Assembly: GCA_040080935.1 (NCBI GenBank)
Contig: JBEBHI010000001.1
Span: 9,698 to 73,697, forward strand
Length of the DNA stretch: 64,000 nucleotides
Reading direction: 5' to 3'
DNA from: Terricaulis sp.
GTDB taxonomy: Bacteria; Pseudomonadota; Alphaproteobacteria; Caulobacterales; Aquidulcibacteraceae
Part shown: positions 38,319-47,620 of the stretch, piece by piece
Numbering within the stretch: position 1 is the stretch's first letter
Layout: every line of letters begins with the position of its first letter
Program-made: the position numbers and the translations under genes
Notes under the pieces: model-generated
Database searches by the model: none
The model's input: the letters and a program-made list of their open reading frames with translations, nothing else
What the model was told of the DNA's origin: nothing

Positions 38319-38915
38319 ATGCGATTCATATTTGGTTCGTTGACGCTCGCTGTAGCGCTCACCTCGGCGCCTATGGCGGCTGCAGAGCAATGCTCGGCGC
38401 GCACTGGCGAGAGCGCGATTGTCTCGCTCGATGACCGCGATGCGCCATATCGTCGAAACATGGCATTCGCGTTTTTCACGGCCCTCCTGCCAGCCACATT
38501 TCCCGCACAGGATATCGAAAACGCTGACGATCCTTGCACGCGCGGGCAATTCGAGGCCAACTCGCAAGTGTATCACGCTTTTGGGGAAGGCTTCGCCTCC
38601 GTTCCCAGATGGGCAGTAGGCGACGATCCCCAGCGCATCGTTTACTTGGCGATGATGCCGCCACCAAATGTTGTGCAAGGATGGTTCGACAACGGCATAC
38701 AACAAGGCCCACTGACATTCCGAGGCCCGGCATATTTTGTGCTCGCGATTACGAACGGCGACAGTCGGGACATTTACGCGGTCTTCGACGCGATGCCCGG
38801 CGACGCGCAACTACTCGGCGTCTTCAGGGACGCGCTTGAGGGTCGGCTGCCTAGAATAGCTGTTTTCGATGCAATAACCGGCGAAACACGCTTCGCCGAA
38901 CGGCAGACCCTCTAG
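38319..38915 (+). CDS. secreted hypothetical protein
   Basis: GAGG RBS, signal peptide MRFIFGSLTLAVALTSAPMAAA, and a Cys pair. Followed by a terminator. Confidence 0.65.
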   Translation: MRFIFGSLTLAVALTSAPMAAAEQCSARTGESAIVSLDDRDAPYRRNMAFAFFTALLPATFPAQDIENADDPCTRGQFEANSQVYHAFGEGFASVPRWAVGDDPQRIVYLAMMPPPNVVQGWFDNGIQQGPLTFRGPAYFVLAITNGDSRDIYAVFDAMPGDAQLLGVFRDALEGRLPRIAVFDAITGETRFAERQTL

Positions 38916-38924
38916 CAAAAACAA

Positions 38925-38952
38925 AACCGCCCCGGATTGCTCCGGGGCGGTT
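38925..38952. terminator. intrinsic terminator (T-tract on minus strand)
   Basis: AACCGCCCCGGA-TTGC-TCCGGGGCGGTT preceded by AAAAACAAAA. Confidence 0.8.
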
Positions 38953-38968
38953 CGCATTTCAGCTCAGC

Positions 38969-39499
38969 TTACTGGCTGAGAAGGATGCTCAGGATGACGC
39001 CTGTTGCGATGCCGACGAGTAGAACTTCGCCGCGGTCGTCACGAACGTAATGGTAGCCACGCGGCGGCGCACGCAGGTGCTCGCGGCGATAATCTACCTG
39101 GCGATAGCGGCTCTGGTAGTAACTCGGCAGACGGTCGCCGCGGCGCCAATCGCGATAGCCGGCTTGGTAGCCACGATGCGCGGCTTGCGGCGGGCCGTAA
39201 TACCAGCGGCCATTATAGCTGTAGCCGTTGTTGCGTGCGTCGTTCCAACGATTGTCGTTGCGGTCGTTGCGGCGATCGTTGCCATTCCAGTTATTGTCGC
39301 CACGGCCACGGTTGTCGTCACGGCCCCGATCGTTATCGTTGCGACGGTCGCCACGGTCGTCATTGCGGCCGCGGTTGTCGCCGCGATGATCGCTTTGGTC
39401 ACCGCGAGTGCCGCGGTCGTAGTTCTGGGCGGATGCTGTGGTCGCGAGCGGTCCGGCCAACATCAGGGCGGTCGCGGCAGCGAGTGCGATACGTTTCAT
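38969..39499 (-). CDS. RcnB family periplasmic protein
   Basis: Signal peptide, R/D/N/G low-complexity region, WRRGDRLP, LRAPPRGYHYV, LVGIATGVI. Confidence 0.88.
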   Translation of the reverse strand: MKRIALAAATALMLAGPLATTASAQNYDRGTRGDQSDHRGDNRGRNDDRGDRRNDNDRGRDDNRGRGDNNWNGNDRRNDRNDNRWNDARNNGYSYNGRWYYGPPQAAHRGYQAGYRDWRRGDRLPSYYQSRYRQVDYRREHLRAPPRGYHYVRDDRGEVLLVGIATGVILSILLSQ

Positions 39500-39647
39500 A
39501 GTTTTGCTCCTCAACGAAACGGGCCGCGCGGGGGAGCGGCAGCCCTTCGTCTGGAGCGCAATATGCCTCCGCCCCACTGAACCGGTCGTGGGGCGCGCGC
39601 TCATAGTCCGCACAGGGTTTTGTCAGAGTGTGTCGGCAGTTCCGGGC

Positions 39648-40892
39648 TTAGATCTGCGCCACGCGACCCATGAAAAGCTTGGTGTTCGTCGGCTTGTGGC
39701 GGAGCACGATGAAGAACGGGTGATCGGCTTTGAACTCGATCGGCGGCGCCGGCGGCGGCTGCATGATCGCGGTCGCGCGCATGTCGATCGCGGTGACGGC
39801 AGCGGCTTCAGTGCCCTCCTCGTCGATGGCGAGGAAGGTCTTGTGGATCACCGCGCTGATCGCGAGACGCTCCTGCTCGGTCACGCCGGAGAAGTCGGCG
39901 CTGTCCATGAACGCCAATCGCAAGCCAAGCGACTGCAGTTGAGGCACCAGATCGTAGTCGGTGCGCATTTCGACCTTCGGCAGCGTGACATCGAGGCGCG
40001 TGTGCTCGGCCGAGTCCAAATCCGTAAGCCAGCGATCCAGCGTCGAGCCCATGAGCTGGCGCTCGAATGCCGCGAGGCCATCGCGCGCCCGCGGCAGGAA
40101 GAGCGCCAGCGAGAACGCGCCGTCGTCGTAGAGAAACTCAGCAGCTTGGAAGCCTTCGCCTTGGTAGTACGGCGTGCGGAAGACCTTGTGCATGAGCCAA
40201 GCGCGCTGCGTTGCGCCGCTCTCGGCGAAGAAGTCGCCATCGCGCGTGGCGCTGGCGGAGAATTGCTGCTGCCACTTGCCTTTGAAGTAAACGGCGTTGG
40301 TGAGCACCATCCGACGCGCCGGATCCTGCTGAGTCAAGATTTCGGGAATGCGGTCACGCGTCTCGCGCGCGGCCCACGCGTTGATGGTGCGTAGCGCCGC
40401 GGCTTGGTTGGCGATAAACGGCACGGCCTCAATCGTCGCGCCCAGTTCTTCATGGATGGTGCGCGCGTACGCTGCGCTAAGCGCCATCGTACGCTCAACC
40501 CAAGCAGCATTCGCCGTTGTGAACTCGCTACGCCCGGTTTGCGCCGCAAGCGCGTCACTCCGTGCGCGCGCACGCGCGATTTGCGCCGCGACATTTGGAT
40601 CGAAGCCGAAGGTCGCAGCCATCTCGGCGGCGGTCTGACCGCGGGCGCCGGGATAGAGCAACGTGAATGCGCTCAAGACGCTGTACGGCGAAACAAACTG
40701 ATTGCCGCCTGGCGCGGCGAGCGCGCGATAGAGGCCAAGATCGAAGGCGTCAGGCAACGGGGTCAAGACAGGCGCCGGCGTTGGCTGAGGTTGGGGAACT
40801 GGCGGAGACGTTTGCGAAACGCCAGCGGCGCTTGCCGCGCAGCCTGATAACGCCGCGCAAGCGGCGGACCAAAGTAAAGCGCGGCGATGCAT
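39648..40892 (-). CDS. serpin (serine protease inhibitor), Tat/lipoprotein signal
   Basis: NQFVSPYS, INAW, LTNAVYFKGKW, LPK, DEEGTEAAAVT hinge, FKADHPFF, FMGRV. Confidence 0.93.
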   Translation of the reverse strand: MHRRALLWSAACAALSGCAASAAGVSQTSPPVPQPQPTPAPVLTPLPDAFDLGLYRALAAPGGNQFVSPYSVLSAFTLLYPGARGQTAAEMAATFGFDPNVAAQIARARARSDALAAQTGRSEFTTANAAWVERTMALSAAYARTIHEELGATIEAVPFIANQAAALRTINAWAARETRDRIPEILTQQDPARRMVLTNAVYFKGKWQQQFSASATRDGDFFAESGATQRAWLMHKVFRTPYYQGEGFQAAEFLYDDGAFSLALFLPRARDGLAAFERQLMGSTLDRWLTDLDSAEHTRLDVTLPKVEMRTDYDLVPQLQSLGLRLAFMDSADFSGVTEQERLAISAVIHKTFLAIDEEGTEAAAVTAIDMRATAIMQPPPAPPIEFKADHPFFIVLRHKPTNTKLFMGRVAQI

Positions 40893-41013
40893 GTCATAGT
40901 CTCCTGCCCTCAATGCGCATTGGTACCCAGAGGTTTGGCGAAGAGATGGCGAAACGCCGCTTGTCAGGGCGCTTGCGGGCGCCCATTTGCCCGCAAGCAT
41001 TCAGCCGGGGTTC

Positions 41014-41811
41014 ATGATGCACATCGATCTCTCAAATAAAATCGCGCTCGTTTCAGGTTCAACGGCCGGCATCGGTTTCGCCGCAGCTAAAGGTTTGGCG
41101 GAGACGGGCGCGCGCGTGATCATCAATGGCCGCGGGCAAAGCGGCGTGGACGAAGCTCTGACGAGATTGCGCCAGGCCGTACCGAATGCCGATGTCCTCG
41201 GGTTCGCAGGCGATCTCAGCGACGCGGCAGTAGCTGAAAAGCTGATCGTCGCGCATCCGCACGTCGATGTGCTCGTCAACAATCTCGGCATCTTCGAGGT
41301 GAAAGACTTCTTCGACACGCCGGACGAAGATTGGTCGCGTTTCTTCGATGTGAACGTACTCTCCGGCGTGCGCCTCTCCCGCGCCTACGCCAAAGGCATG
41401 GCCGAGCGCAAATGGGGACGCATCGTTTTCATTTCCTCGGAATCTGGCCTGAACATCCCGACCGAGATGGTCCATTACGGCATGAGCAAAACCGCGCAGC
41501 TCGCGGTAGCGCGCGGTTTGGCGAAGCGTCTCGCCGGCACCGGTGTAACCGTGAACTCAGTGCTGCCCGGACCAACGCTTACGGAAGGCGTCGAAGTGAT
41601 GCTGAAGGACGTGATTGCAAAGACCGGAAAATCTGCAACCGACGCCGCAGCCGATTTCGTCAAGGCACACCGCTCGTCCTCAATCATCCAACGCGCAGCG
41701 ACGGTGGACGAAGTCGCAAACATGATCGTGTACGTGTGCTCGCCGCAAGCCTCAGCCACGACTGGCGCGGCGCTCCGTGTCGACGGCGGCGTGGTGGATA
41801 CGATCGCCTAG
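41014..41811 (+). CDS. SDR family oxidoreductase
   Basis: SGSTAGIG, LVNNLG, YGMSK, VNSVLPGPT. Confidence 0.92.
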   Translation: MMHIDLSNKIALVSGSTAGIGFAAAKGLAETGARVIINGRGQSGVDEALTRLRQAVPNADVLGFAGDLSDAAVAEKLIVAHPHVDVLVNNLGIFEVKDFFDTPDEDWSRFFDVNVLSGVRLSRAYAKGMAERKWGRIVFISSESGLNIPTEMVHYGMSKTAQLAVARGLAKRLAGTGVTVNSVLPGPTLTEGVEVMLKDVIAKTGKSATDAAADFVKAHRSSSIIQRAATVDEVANMIVYVCSPQASATTGAALRVDGGVVDTIA

Positions 41812-41853
41812 CGCTGCCCGAGCTCTTCGCGCTAGGCTGACGCGGGGGTTCGA

Positions 41854-42279
41854 ATGTTTCCGGCGAGCACAAACGATCATTATCGCGGCGCAACGGTGGC
41901 TGCTTGGTTCTTGGCGCTCCTCGCGATCGGTACGATCGTGCCGGGATGCATCCATTACTTTTTGCCGGATGGCGGCGCAGAGGTGATCGCAGGCCTCGAT
42001 CTTGGCGATCAGCGCGCGCTGGTGATCGGCGCGTTCGCCTGGATGGGCGCGACGCAAATTCCCTACGGCCTGGCGCAGCTTGCCGTGGCCACGCGCTATC
42101 GCTCACTCGTGCCTTTGTTTCTCGCGCTGGCGCTTGTGGAGCGCGTGCTCGCAGCGATCGCGGGTTGGATCACGAAAGGCGCGGACGCGCCGCATCATCC
42201 GCCGGAGCACTACCTCGTCGTGGTGTTCGCGCCGTTGATCCTGATCTTCCTGCTGCTCTCGTTGCGAAAGAAGGCTTAG
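41854..42279 (+). CDS. hypothetical membrane protein
   Basis: Four TM helices, IHYFLPDGGA, HHPPE. Confidence 0.7.
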   Translation: MFPASTNDHYRGATVAAWFLALLAIGTIVPGCIHYFLPDGGAEVIAGLDLGDQRALVIGAFAWMGATQIPYGLAQLAVATRYRSLVPLFLALALVERVLAAIAGWITKGADAPHHPPEHYLVVVFAPLILIFLLLSLRKKA

Positions 42280-43652
42280 CCCTTACGCCGCCAAGTGCTG
42301 CCGCTGGCGCTGTCCATGACTTCAACGCCGCGCGCCGCGAGCGCGTCACGTAGTTGGTCGGATTTGGCATAGTCCTTCGATGCCCGCGCTTCGACGCGGT
42401 CAGCGACCAAGCGATCGATCTCCGGCGCCTCATCGCCAAAGCTGGCGCGGAACCAGTGCTCGGGATCGTCTTGCAGAATGCCGAACAAGTCGGCAGCGGC
42501 GAGCAGATCACCCTTCGCCTTCGCCATCTCTGCGGGCTTCTTGGCAATGTTTGCGGCGGTGGCGAGCGCAGAAATTTCCGCGATGGCGGCTGGCGTGTTC
42601 AGATCGTCAGCGATGGCGTCGACAACAGCCTTCGGCGCTTCCACGTCCGCAGCGTCCACGTCCTTCAATCGCAGCACGGCGCCATAGAGGCGATCCAAGC
42701 TCGCCTGCGCCTGCTTCAGCAAATCGTCTGACCAATCGAGCGGCGCTTTATAGTGCGCACTCAACAAAGCCCAGCGAATGGTTTCACCCTGCCAGCCTTG
42801 CTCGAGCAGTTCACGCGGCGTGATGATGTTGCCGATGGACTTCGACATCTTCGTCTTATCCATCGTCAGGAAGCCATTGTGCATCCACACGCGCGCCAAC
42901 GCGTGCCCGTGCGCGGACTCGCTCTGCGCGATTTCGTTTTCATGGTGCGGGAAGATGAGATCGATGCCGCCGCCATGAATGTCGATCGGCGAGCCCAAGC
43001 CCTCCTCAATCATGGCTGAGCATTCAATATGCCAGCCAGGACGGCCTGCGCCAAACGGCGCATCCCATGACGGCTCACCTGGCTTCACACTTTTCCAAAG
43101 CGCGAAGTCCGACGATCCGCGCTTGTCGTCCTCGCCCTCAACACGCGCACCGGCCTTGAGATCGTCTTGGCTACGCCCGGAGAGTTTGCCGTAATCCTCA
43201 TCCGCCGCGACCGAGAAATAAACGCCGCTCGGCACGACATACGCCGCGCCATTGGCGATCAACTTCTCAATCACCGCGATCATCGCCGGCACGTTCTCAG
43301 TCGCGCGCGGGCGCAGCGTCGGCGTGAGCACGTTGAGCGCGCCCATGTCGGCTTCGTATTGCTCTTCAACCGCACGCGTAATGTCGGAAATCGGCACACC
43401 GCGCTCAATCGAGGCAGTGATGATCTTGTCGTCGATGTCCGTGTAGTTACGGGCGTAGATCACGGCCTTCTCGCCGTACGCGTGCCGAAGCAACCGAAAG
43501 AGCGTGTCGAACACGACCGGCGGGCGGGCATTGCCGATGTGCGCCACGTTATAAACGGTGGGTCCGCACACATACATCGTCACCCGCTTGGGATCGGTGG
43601 GGGCAAACGGCTCTTTTCGCCGCGTCAACGTGTTGGTCAGCTCGATATTCAT
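42276..43652 (-). CDS. cysS: cysteine--tRNA ligase
   Basis: YVCGPTVY, HIGN, GRPGWHIECSAM, FPHHENE, KMSKS. Confidence 0.98.
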   Translation of the reverse strand: MNIELTNTLTRRKEPFAPTDPKRVTMYVCGPTVYNVAHIGNARPPVVFDTLFRLLRHAYGEKAVIYARNYTDIDDKIITASIERGVPISDITRAVEEQYEADMGALNVLTPTLRPRATENVPAMIAVIEKLIANGAAYVVPSGVYFSVAADEDYGKLSGRSQDDLKAGARVEGEDDKRGSSDFALWKSVKPGEPSWDAPFGAGRPGWHIECSAMIEEGLGSPIDIHGGGIDLIFPHHENEIAQSESAHGHALARVWMHNGFLTMDKTKMSKSIGNIITPRELLEQGWQGETIRWALLSAHYKAPLDWSDDLLKQAQASLDRLYGAVLRLKDVDAADVEAPKAVVDAIADDLNTPAAIAEISALATAANIAKKPAEMAKAKGDLLAAADLFGILQDDPEHWFRASFGDEAPEIDRLVADRVEARASKDYAKSDQLRDALAARGVEVMDSASGSTWRRKG

Positions 43653-43759
43653 GCGGGGTGGGTTCTAGCGGAGCGTTGTGCTACACTCCATATCTCTTGC
43701 GGGGCCGCGCTAGGCCCCCATCGCCTGAGGTGTATTTCGGGCGGGCGTTAAGTCCGGGT

Positions 43760-43827
43760 GTCCTTAGTGGCCGTATACACGGCTCCGGAACCCTCCCGGC
43801 TCGACCTCCGTCCCTCAGACTAAGGAC
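43760..43827 (+). promoter_or_regulatory. candidate structured 5' leader RNA of folE
   Basis: Closing 9-bp stem GTCCTTAGT (43760-68) / ACTAAGGAC (43819-27) encloses hairpins GCCGT-ATAC-ACGGC and CCGG-AACCCTC-CCGG. The 3' strand contains the putative SD (AAGGA). Confidence 0.45.
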
Positions 43828-43836
43828 CGTTTCCTG

Positions 43837-44451
43837 ATGAGTGAGATTCTAAAGTGGCGCTCGCCTGAAGAGGCTGAGCAAAAGCGCCCCTCGCGCGAAG
43901 CGGCCATGGAAGCTGTGCGCACCCTGATTGCGTGGGCCGGCGATGATCCCGAGCGCGAAGGCCTGAAGGACACGCCGAAGCGCGTGGTCGATGCGTATCG
44001 GGAATGGTTCCGCGGTTACGACGAATGCCCGGCGACCGAGCTCAATCGCGTGTTCGAAGATGTCAGCGGCTATGACGACATGGTCATGCTGAAGAAGATC
44101 GACGTGGAGAGCCACTGCGAGCACCACATCGCGCCGTTCTTGGGCAAGGCGTACGTCGCCTACCTGCCAACAGATTCCGTCGTCGGCATTTCAAAGATCG
44201 CGCGCGTGGTCGAAATTTTCGCCAAGCGTCTGCAGACGCAAGAGACGATGACCAGCCAAGTCGCACAGGCCATCGATGAAACGCTGAAACCCCGCGGCGT
44301 CGCCGTGCTGATCGACGCCGAGCACCAGTGCATGTCCACGCGCGGCGTCCACCACAAGGACGTCACGACAGTGACCACGCAGTTTACCGGCGCGTTCAAA
44401 GACGACGCTGAACTGCGCAATCGCTTCTTGAAGCTCGCTGGCTACGGCTGA
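43837..44451 (+). CDS. folE: GTP cyclohydrolase I
   Basis: REGLKDTPKRV, SHCEHH, GISKIAR, RLQTQE, HQCMSTRG. Confidence 0.96.
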   Translation: MSEILKWRSPEEAEQKRPSREAAMEAVRTLIAWAGDDPEREGLKDTPKRVVDAYREWFRGYDECPATELNRVFEDVSGYDDMVMLKKIDVESHCEHHIAPFLGKAYVAYLPTDSVVGISKIARVVEIFAKRLQTQETMTSQVAQAIDETLKPRGVAVLIDAEHQCMSTRGVHHKDVTTVTTQFTGAFKDDAELRNRFLKLAGYG

Positions 44452-44454
44452 GCT

Positions 44455-45171
44455 TCAAGCGCGCGGCGACACCATCAGCGAGTACGGCAAAAAGAGCGTC
44501 AGCTCTAACTCGCCCGTGCGCTTCCACGAGACCTGTCGCTCCAAACCCGTGACAGTCACGCCATAACCAGCGCCCAATTGATCTGTCACCGTACGTCCCT
44601 CTGCCGAAATCGCGGTCACGAGCGGCGCGTGATATTGCTCCGGATTGTTGAGCACCAGGTTGACCGTCCCCGCCGTTAGCTCTGTGCGTCCCGGATGTGG
44701 CGCTGCGTTTACGAACGCGGCGATGCGCGCGTTGATGCTGTCGATCGTGTCGTCGGCTTGCACGTTCGTTCGCAGATGGATGTTGAGAGCGCTGGTATCT
44801 GCTGCGCCGCCGCTGGTGATCGAGCGCTCTGCGATGTCCAACGAGAACGGACGCACGACCCCCGAAGTCGCATCGATCAAAGCCAAGCTCACACCGCCGC
44901 CCCGCGCTCGCGCTTCCAGCCCGCGCAACGCTTGGCGCATTTCCGCCGTCCGCGCCGCAGCGTCGCGCGTATCATTGCGGACATAGAGATCGACGACCAC
45001 TGAATCTGCCCGCTTGCGGAGCGTGACGTGCGGCATCGGCATCTCGGCCATTTGCTCGAAGTCCCCACGCACCAGGCGCGTGCCTGTAACAACGATCGCC
45101 TCCTCCTGCGCGAATGCAGGCGCGATTGTGCATGCGGCCATAGCGGCCGTCAAAACGAGTTGGCGAAGCAT
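44455..45171 (-). CDS. secreted hypothetical protein with TonB-box-like N terminus
   Basis: Signal peptide AFA-Q followed by EEAIVVTGTR, and NDTRD. GGAGG RBS. No beta-barrel. Confidence 0.72.
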   Translation of the reverse strand: MLRQLVLTAAMAACTIAPAFAQEEAIVVTGTRLVRGDFEQMAEMPMPHVTLRKRADSVVVDLYVRNDTRDAAARTAEMRQALRGLEARARGGGVSLALIDATSGVVRPFSLDIAERSITSGGAADTSALNIHLRTNVQADDTIDSINARIAAFVNAAPHPGRTELTAGTVNLVLNNPEQYHAPLVTAISAEGRTVTDQLGAGYGVTVTGLERQVSWKRTGELELTLFLPYSLMVSPRA

Positions 45172-45244
45172 GTTGTCCCTCCGATTTCGCTGGAAGCAAG
45201 CGTGCGGGGCGTCAGTCGATCTTGCTAGAGCGACAAACGATGTC

Positions 45245-46171
45245 TCACTTCGATGTGAGCGTTTGGCGCACCGTCTCGCGTGTTTGTGAACTTGAATCAG
45301 GCTGAGCGGCGCGAAACTCCGTTTCCGCCATCCGCTCTGGCTTATGCACCAACGTCGTCAACACAAAGCTCAACAGCATGAGCAAATACCAAGCGCCCAT
45401 CTTAGCGATTGGCACGATATGCCAGCCGTCACGCTGGCTCGGATAAACCCAAGCGGCAGCAAACGTGCCGGCGTTCTCCGCGAACCAGATAAAGAGCGCC
45501 ACCAGCAGATACCCAATCAGCATCGGCATACGACGCGGCGTGCGATCCGGCGTGAACACAAACCAGGCGCGGCCGAAGATGAACGCGGAGAACGCGAACA
45601 AGCCGAGCCGAATATCAATCGTGTAATGGTGCGAGAAGAAATTGACATAGGCGAGCAGCGCCAGCAGCCACGTCGTCCAGAGCGGCGGATAGTTGATGTA
45701 TTTGATCTCAAACAGCCGCGTTGCGCGCGCGATGTAGGAGCCGACGCACGCGTACATGAAACCGGAGAATAACGGCACACCACCAATGCGCAGAAAATTG
45801 TCCTCCGGATAGATCCACGAGCCGTGCGACGTCTTGAAGATTTCCATGATCGTGCCGACGACGTGGAAAATCAGAATGACAATCGCCTCTTCCCAGCGCT
45901 CAAGTTTGGTTGCGAGCAGCAAGCCTTGGATGGCGACGGCGGCGAGCACGAGGAAATCATACCGCGCGATCGGAGCGTTGTTGGGCCAGAACAAATGCGT
46001 TCCGACGAGTAGCGCGATCATCGCGCCGCCGAAAAGGCACGCCCAAGCCTGCTTCAGCCCGAACAGCAGGAACTCATAAGCCCAAGCGTTCCACTTGGAT
46101 TTTTCCGCCCTTGGCCGCGCCCAGCGGTCAAAAGCTTCGACTTGGCCTTTGATCTTGTCCTTCAGACTCAT
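45245..46171 (-). CDS. DUF817 family membrane protein
   Basis: FGLKQAWACLFG, RYDFL, FHVVGTIMEIFKT, GVPLFSGFMY, FIWFAEN. Confidence 0.85.
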   Translation of the reverse strand: MSLKDKIKGQVEAFDRWARPRAEKSKWNAWAYEFLLFGLKQAWACLFGGAMIALLVGTHLFWPNNAPIARYDFLVLAAVAIQGLLLATKLERWEEAIVILIFHVVGTIMEIFKTSHGSWIYPEDNFLRIGGVPLFSGFMYACVGSYIARATRLFEIKYINYPPLWTTWLLALLAYVNFFSHHYTIDIRLGLFAFSAFIFGRAWFVFTPDRTPRRMPMLIGYLLVALFIWFAENAGTFAAAWVYPSQRDGWHIVPIAKMGAWYLLMLLSFVLTTLVHKPERMAETEFRAAQPDSSSQTRETVRQTLTSK

Positions 46172-46226
46172 GGGCCCAACGCTAACGGCTTTCCAAGCGC
46201 CCTTCATCCCGCGTAGAGGGGGCAGA

Positions 46227-47327
46227 ATGAAGGTGGCCGTCGTCGGACTTGGCGTTGCCGGGCTGAGCATCTGTGCTCGGCTTGCGGTCGCTGGCCATGA
46301 TGTCTGGGGCTTCGAACAGTTCGAACCTATGCACGAGCGCGGCTCGTCGCACGGCGACACACGGATCATGCGCCTCACACCGGGCGAAGGCGAAACCTAT
46401 GTCGGCCTCGCGCGGCGCGCCGGCGCCGCGTGGCGAACCTGGGAAGGCCTGGCGGGCCAGCCGCTCATCGAGTGGACTAGCGGCTTGATGGCCGGCCTGC
46501 GCGGCTCACCGTTCGTTGCGGCCTGTCAGAAGCTCAGCCGCAAACCCGCAGCCCTGTTGCCGGGCGATGCGATCCACGCACTGACGCGCGGCTACATCGC
46601 AATGCCGCACGAATGGGATGTGTTTCGCCAGGAGGACGCTGGCGTCATCGCCGCCGACGCCACCCGTGCATTCTTGTTGCGCCAAGCGCCGAAGTGGGGC
46701 GCCAAATTGCGCCACAACGTTCAAATTGAAGCGCCCATCGAAGGCCTGACGCTCCGTATCAATGGCGAAGCGCGAAGCTTTGACGCCGTGATCGTTACGT
46801 CGGGCGCCTGGGCTGCGCGGATGCTTCCAGAATTTGCCGGCAAGCTCGCCGTCAAGCGCCGCGTTGTCGGCTGGTTTGAAACCGACGCGCCACGTTTGTT
46901 GCCGGTGATCTGCGTCGACAACGATGTCGGCGTGTTCGGCATGCCCGCGCCGCGCGGCTTTTACAAAATTGGATTGCACTCCGTCGGTGGCGCAACCGAT
47001 CCAGACAACGTGCGCGAACCTGATGAAAGCGATGCGGCGCTACTGAGCGAACACGCGGCGCCATTGTTGCCAAAACATAATCCGCGCCCGACACGCATGC
47101 AGCGCTGCCTCTACACGGTAACACCGGACGAGAACTTTCTCGTCGCACCGAGTTCCCACAATGGACGCGTGCTTATGTTTTCCGCGTGTTCCGGGCATGG
47201 TTTCAAATACGCACCGATATTCGGTGAATTGGCGCAGGAATGGCTTGCGGGCGTTCCATCGCGCGAACTCGAAGCGCTGATGAAACCTGGATCAAATGTA
47301 AATCGATTGGGCGCACCGAAAACGTGA
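46227..47327 (+). CDS. monomeric sarcosine oxidase / N-methyltryptophan oxidase family flavoprotein
   Basis: GLGVAG, GSSHGDTRI, CLYTVTPD (covalent-FAD Cys position), CSGHGFK. Confidence 0.85.
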   Translation: MKVAVVGLGVAGLSICARLAVAGHDVWGFEQFEPMHERGSSHGDTRIMRLTPGEGETYVGLARRAGAAWRTWEGLAGQPLIEWTSGLMAGLRGSPFVAACQKLSRKPAALLPGDAIHALTRGYIAMPHEWDVFRQEDAGVIAADATRAFLLRQAPKWGAKLRHNVQIEAPIEGLTLRINGEARSFDAVIVTSGAWAARMLPEFAGKLAVKRRVVGWFETDAPRLLPVICVDNDVGVFGMPAPRGFYKIGLHSVGGATDPDNVREPDESDAALLSEHAAPLLPKHNPRPTRMQRCLYTVTPDENFLVAPSSHNGRVLMFSACSGHGFKYAPIFGELAQEWLAGVPSRELEALMKPGSNVNRLGAPKT

Positions 47328-47369
47328 CGCGCCACATTGTGGTCGCCATAGGCCGTTAGTCATACGCCC

Positions 47370-47564
47370 ATGAACGCAGAGCATTACATCACGACGGCGG
47401 ATTCTCTTCGCTCCCGCGCATTGCATTCAGGCGTTGATATCAATGCGTCCAACTACCTGGTGCACGCCGCACTCTTGCGCGCGCTTCGCGAGCGGCCGTT
47501 CGAAGAACTGACGCCCGATTTGCTCGCGCGAGAAGTTGAGCGTGCACATCGGAAACTCAGCTAA
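47370..47564 (+). CDS. small hypothetical protein
   Basis: 64-aa ORF in the intergenic gap followed by a terminator. No motif. Confidence 0.5.
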   Translation: MNAEHYITTADSLRSRALHSGVDINASNYLVHAALLRALRERPFEELTPDLLAREVERAHRKLS

Positions 47565-47579
47565 CGTTTCCCCTGCTTA

Positions 47580-47620
47580 GCCTTGCCCGGCAAACATACC
47601 GGGCAAGGCGCGCCGTTTTT
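47580..47620. terminator. hairpin terminator between convergent genes
   Basis: GCCTTGCCCGG-N8-CCGGGCAAGGC followed by a T run. Confidence 0.65.

Noticed and set aside
39230-39430. Repetitive GTCGTT/GCGGTC-rich tract as a possible CRISPR or tandem repeat
   Set aside because: It is the low-complexity R/D/N/G coding region of the RcnB-family protein, with no constant repeat-spacer periodicity.
43741-43836. THF-II (folE motif) riboswitch
   Set aside because: The conserved core I recall for THF-II is not visible, so it is reported only as an unassigned structured leader.
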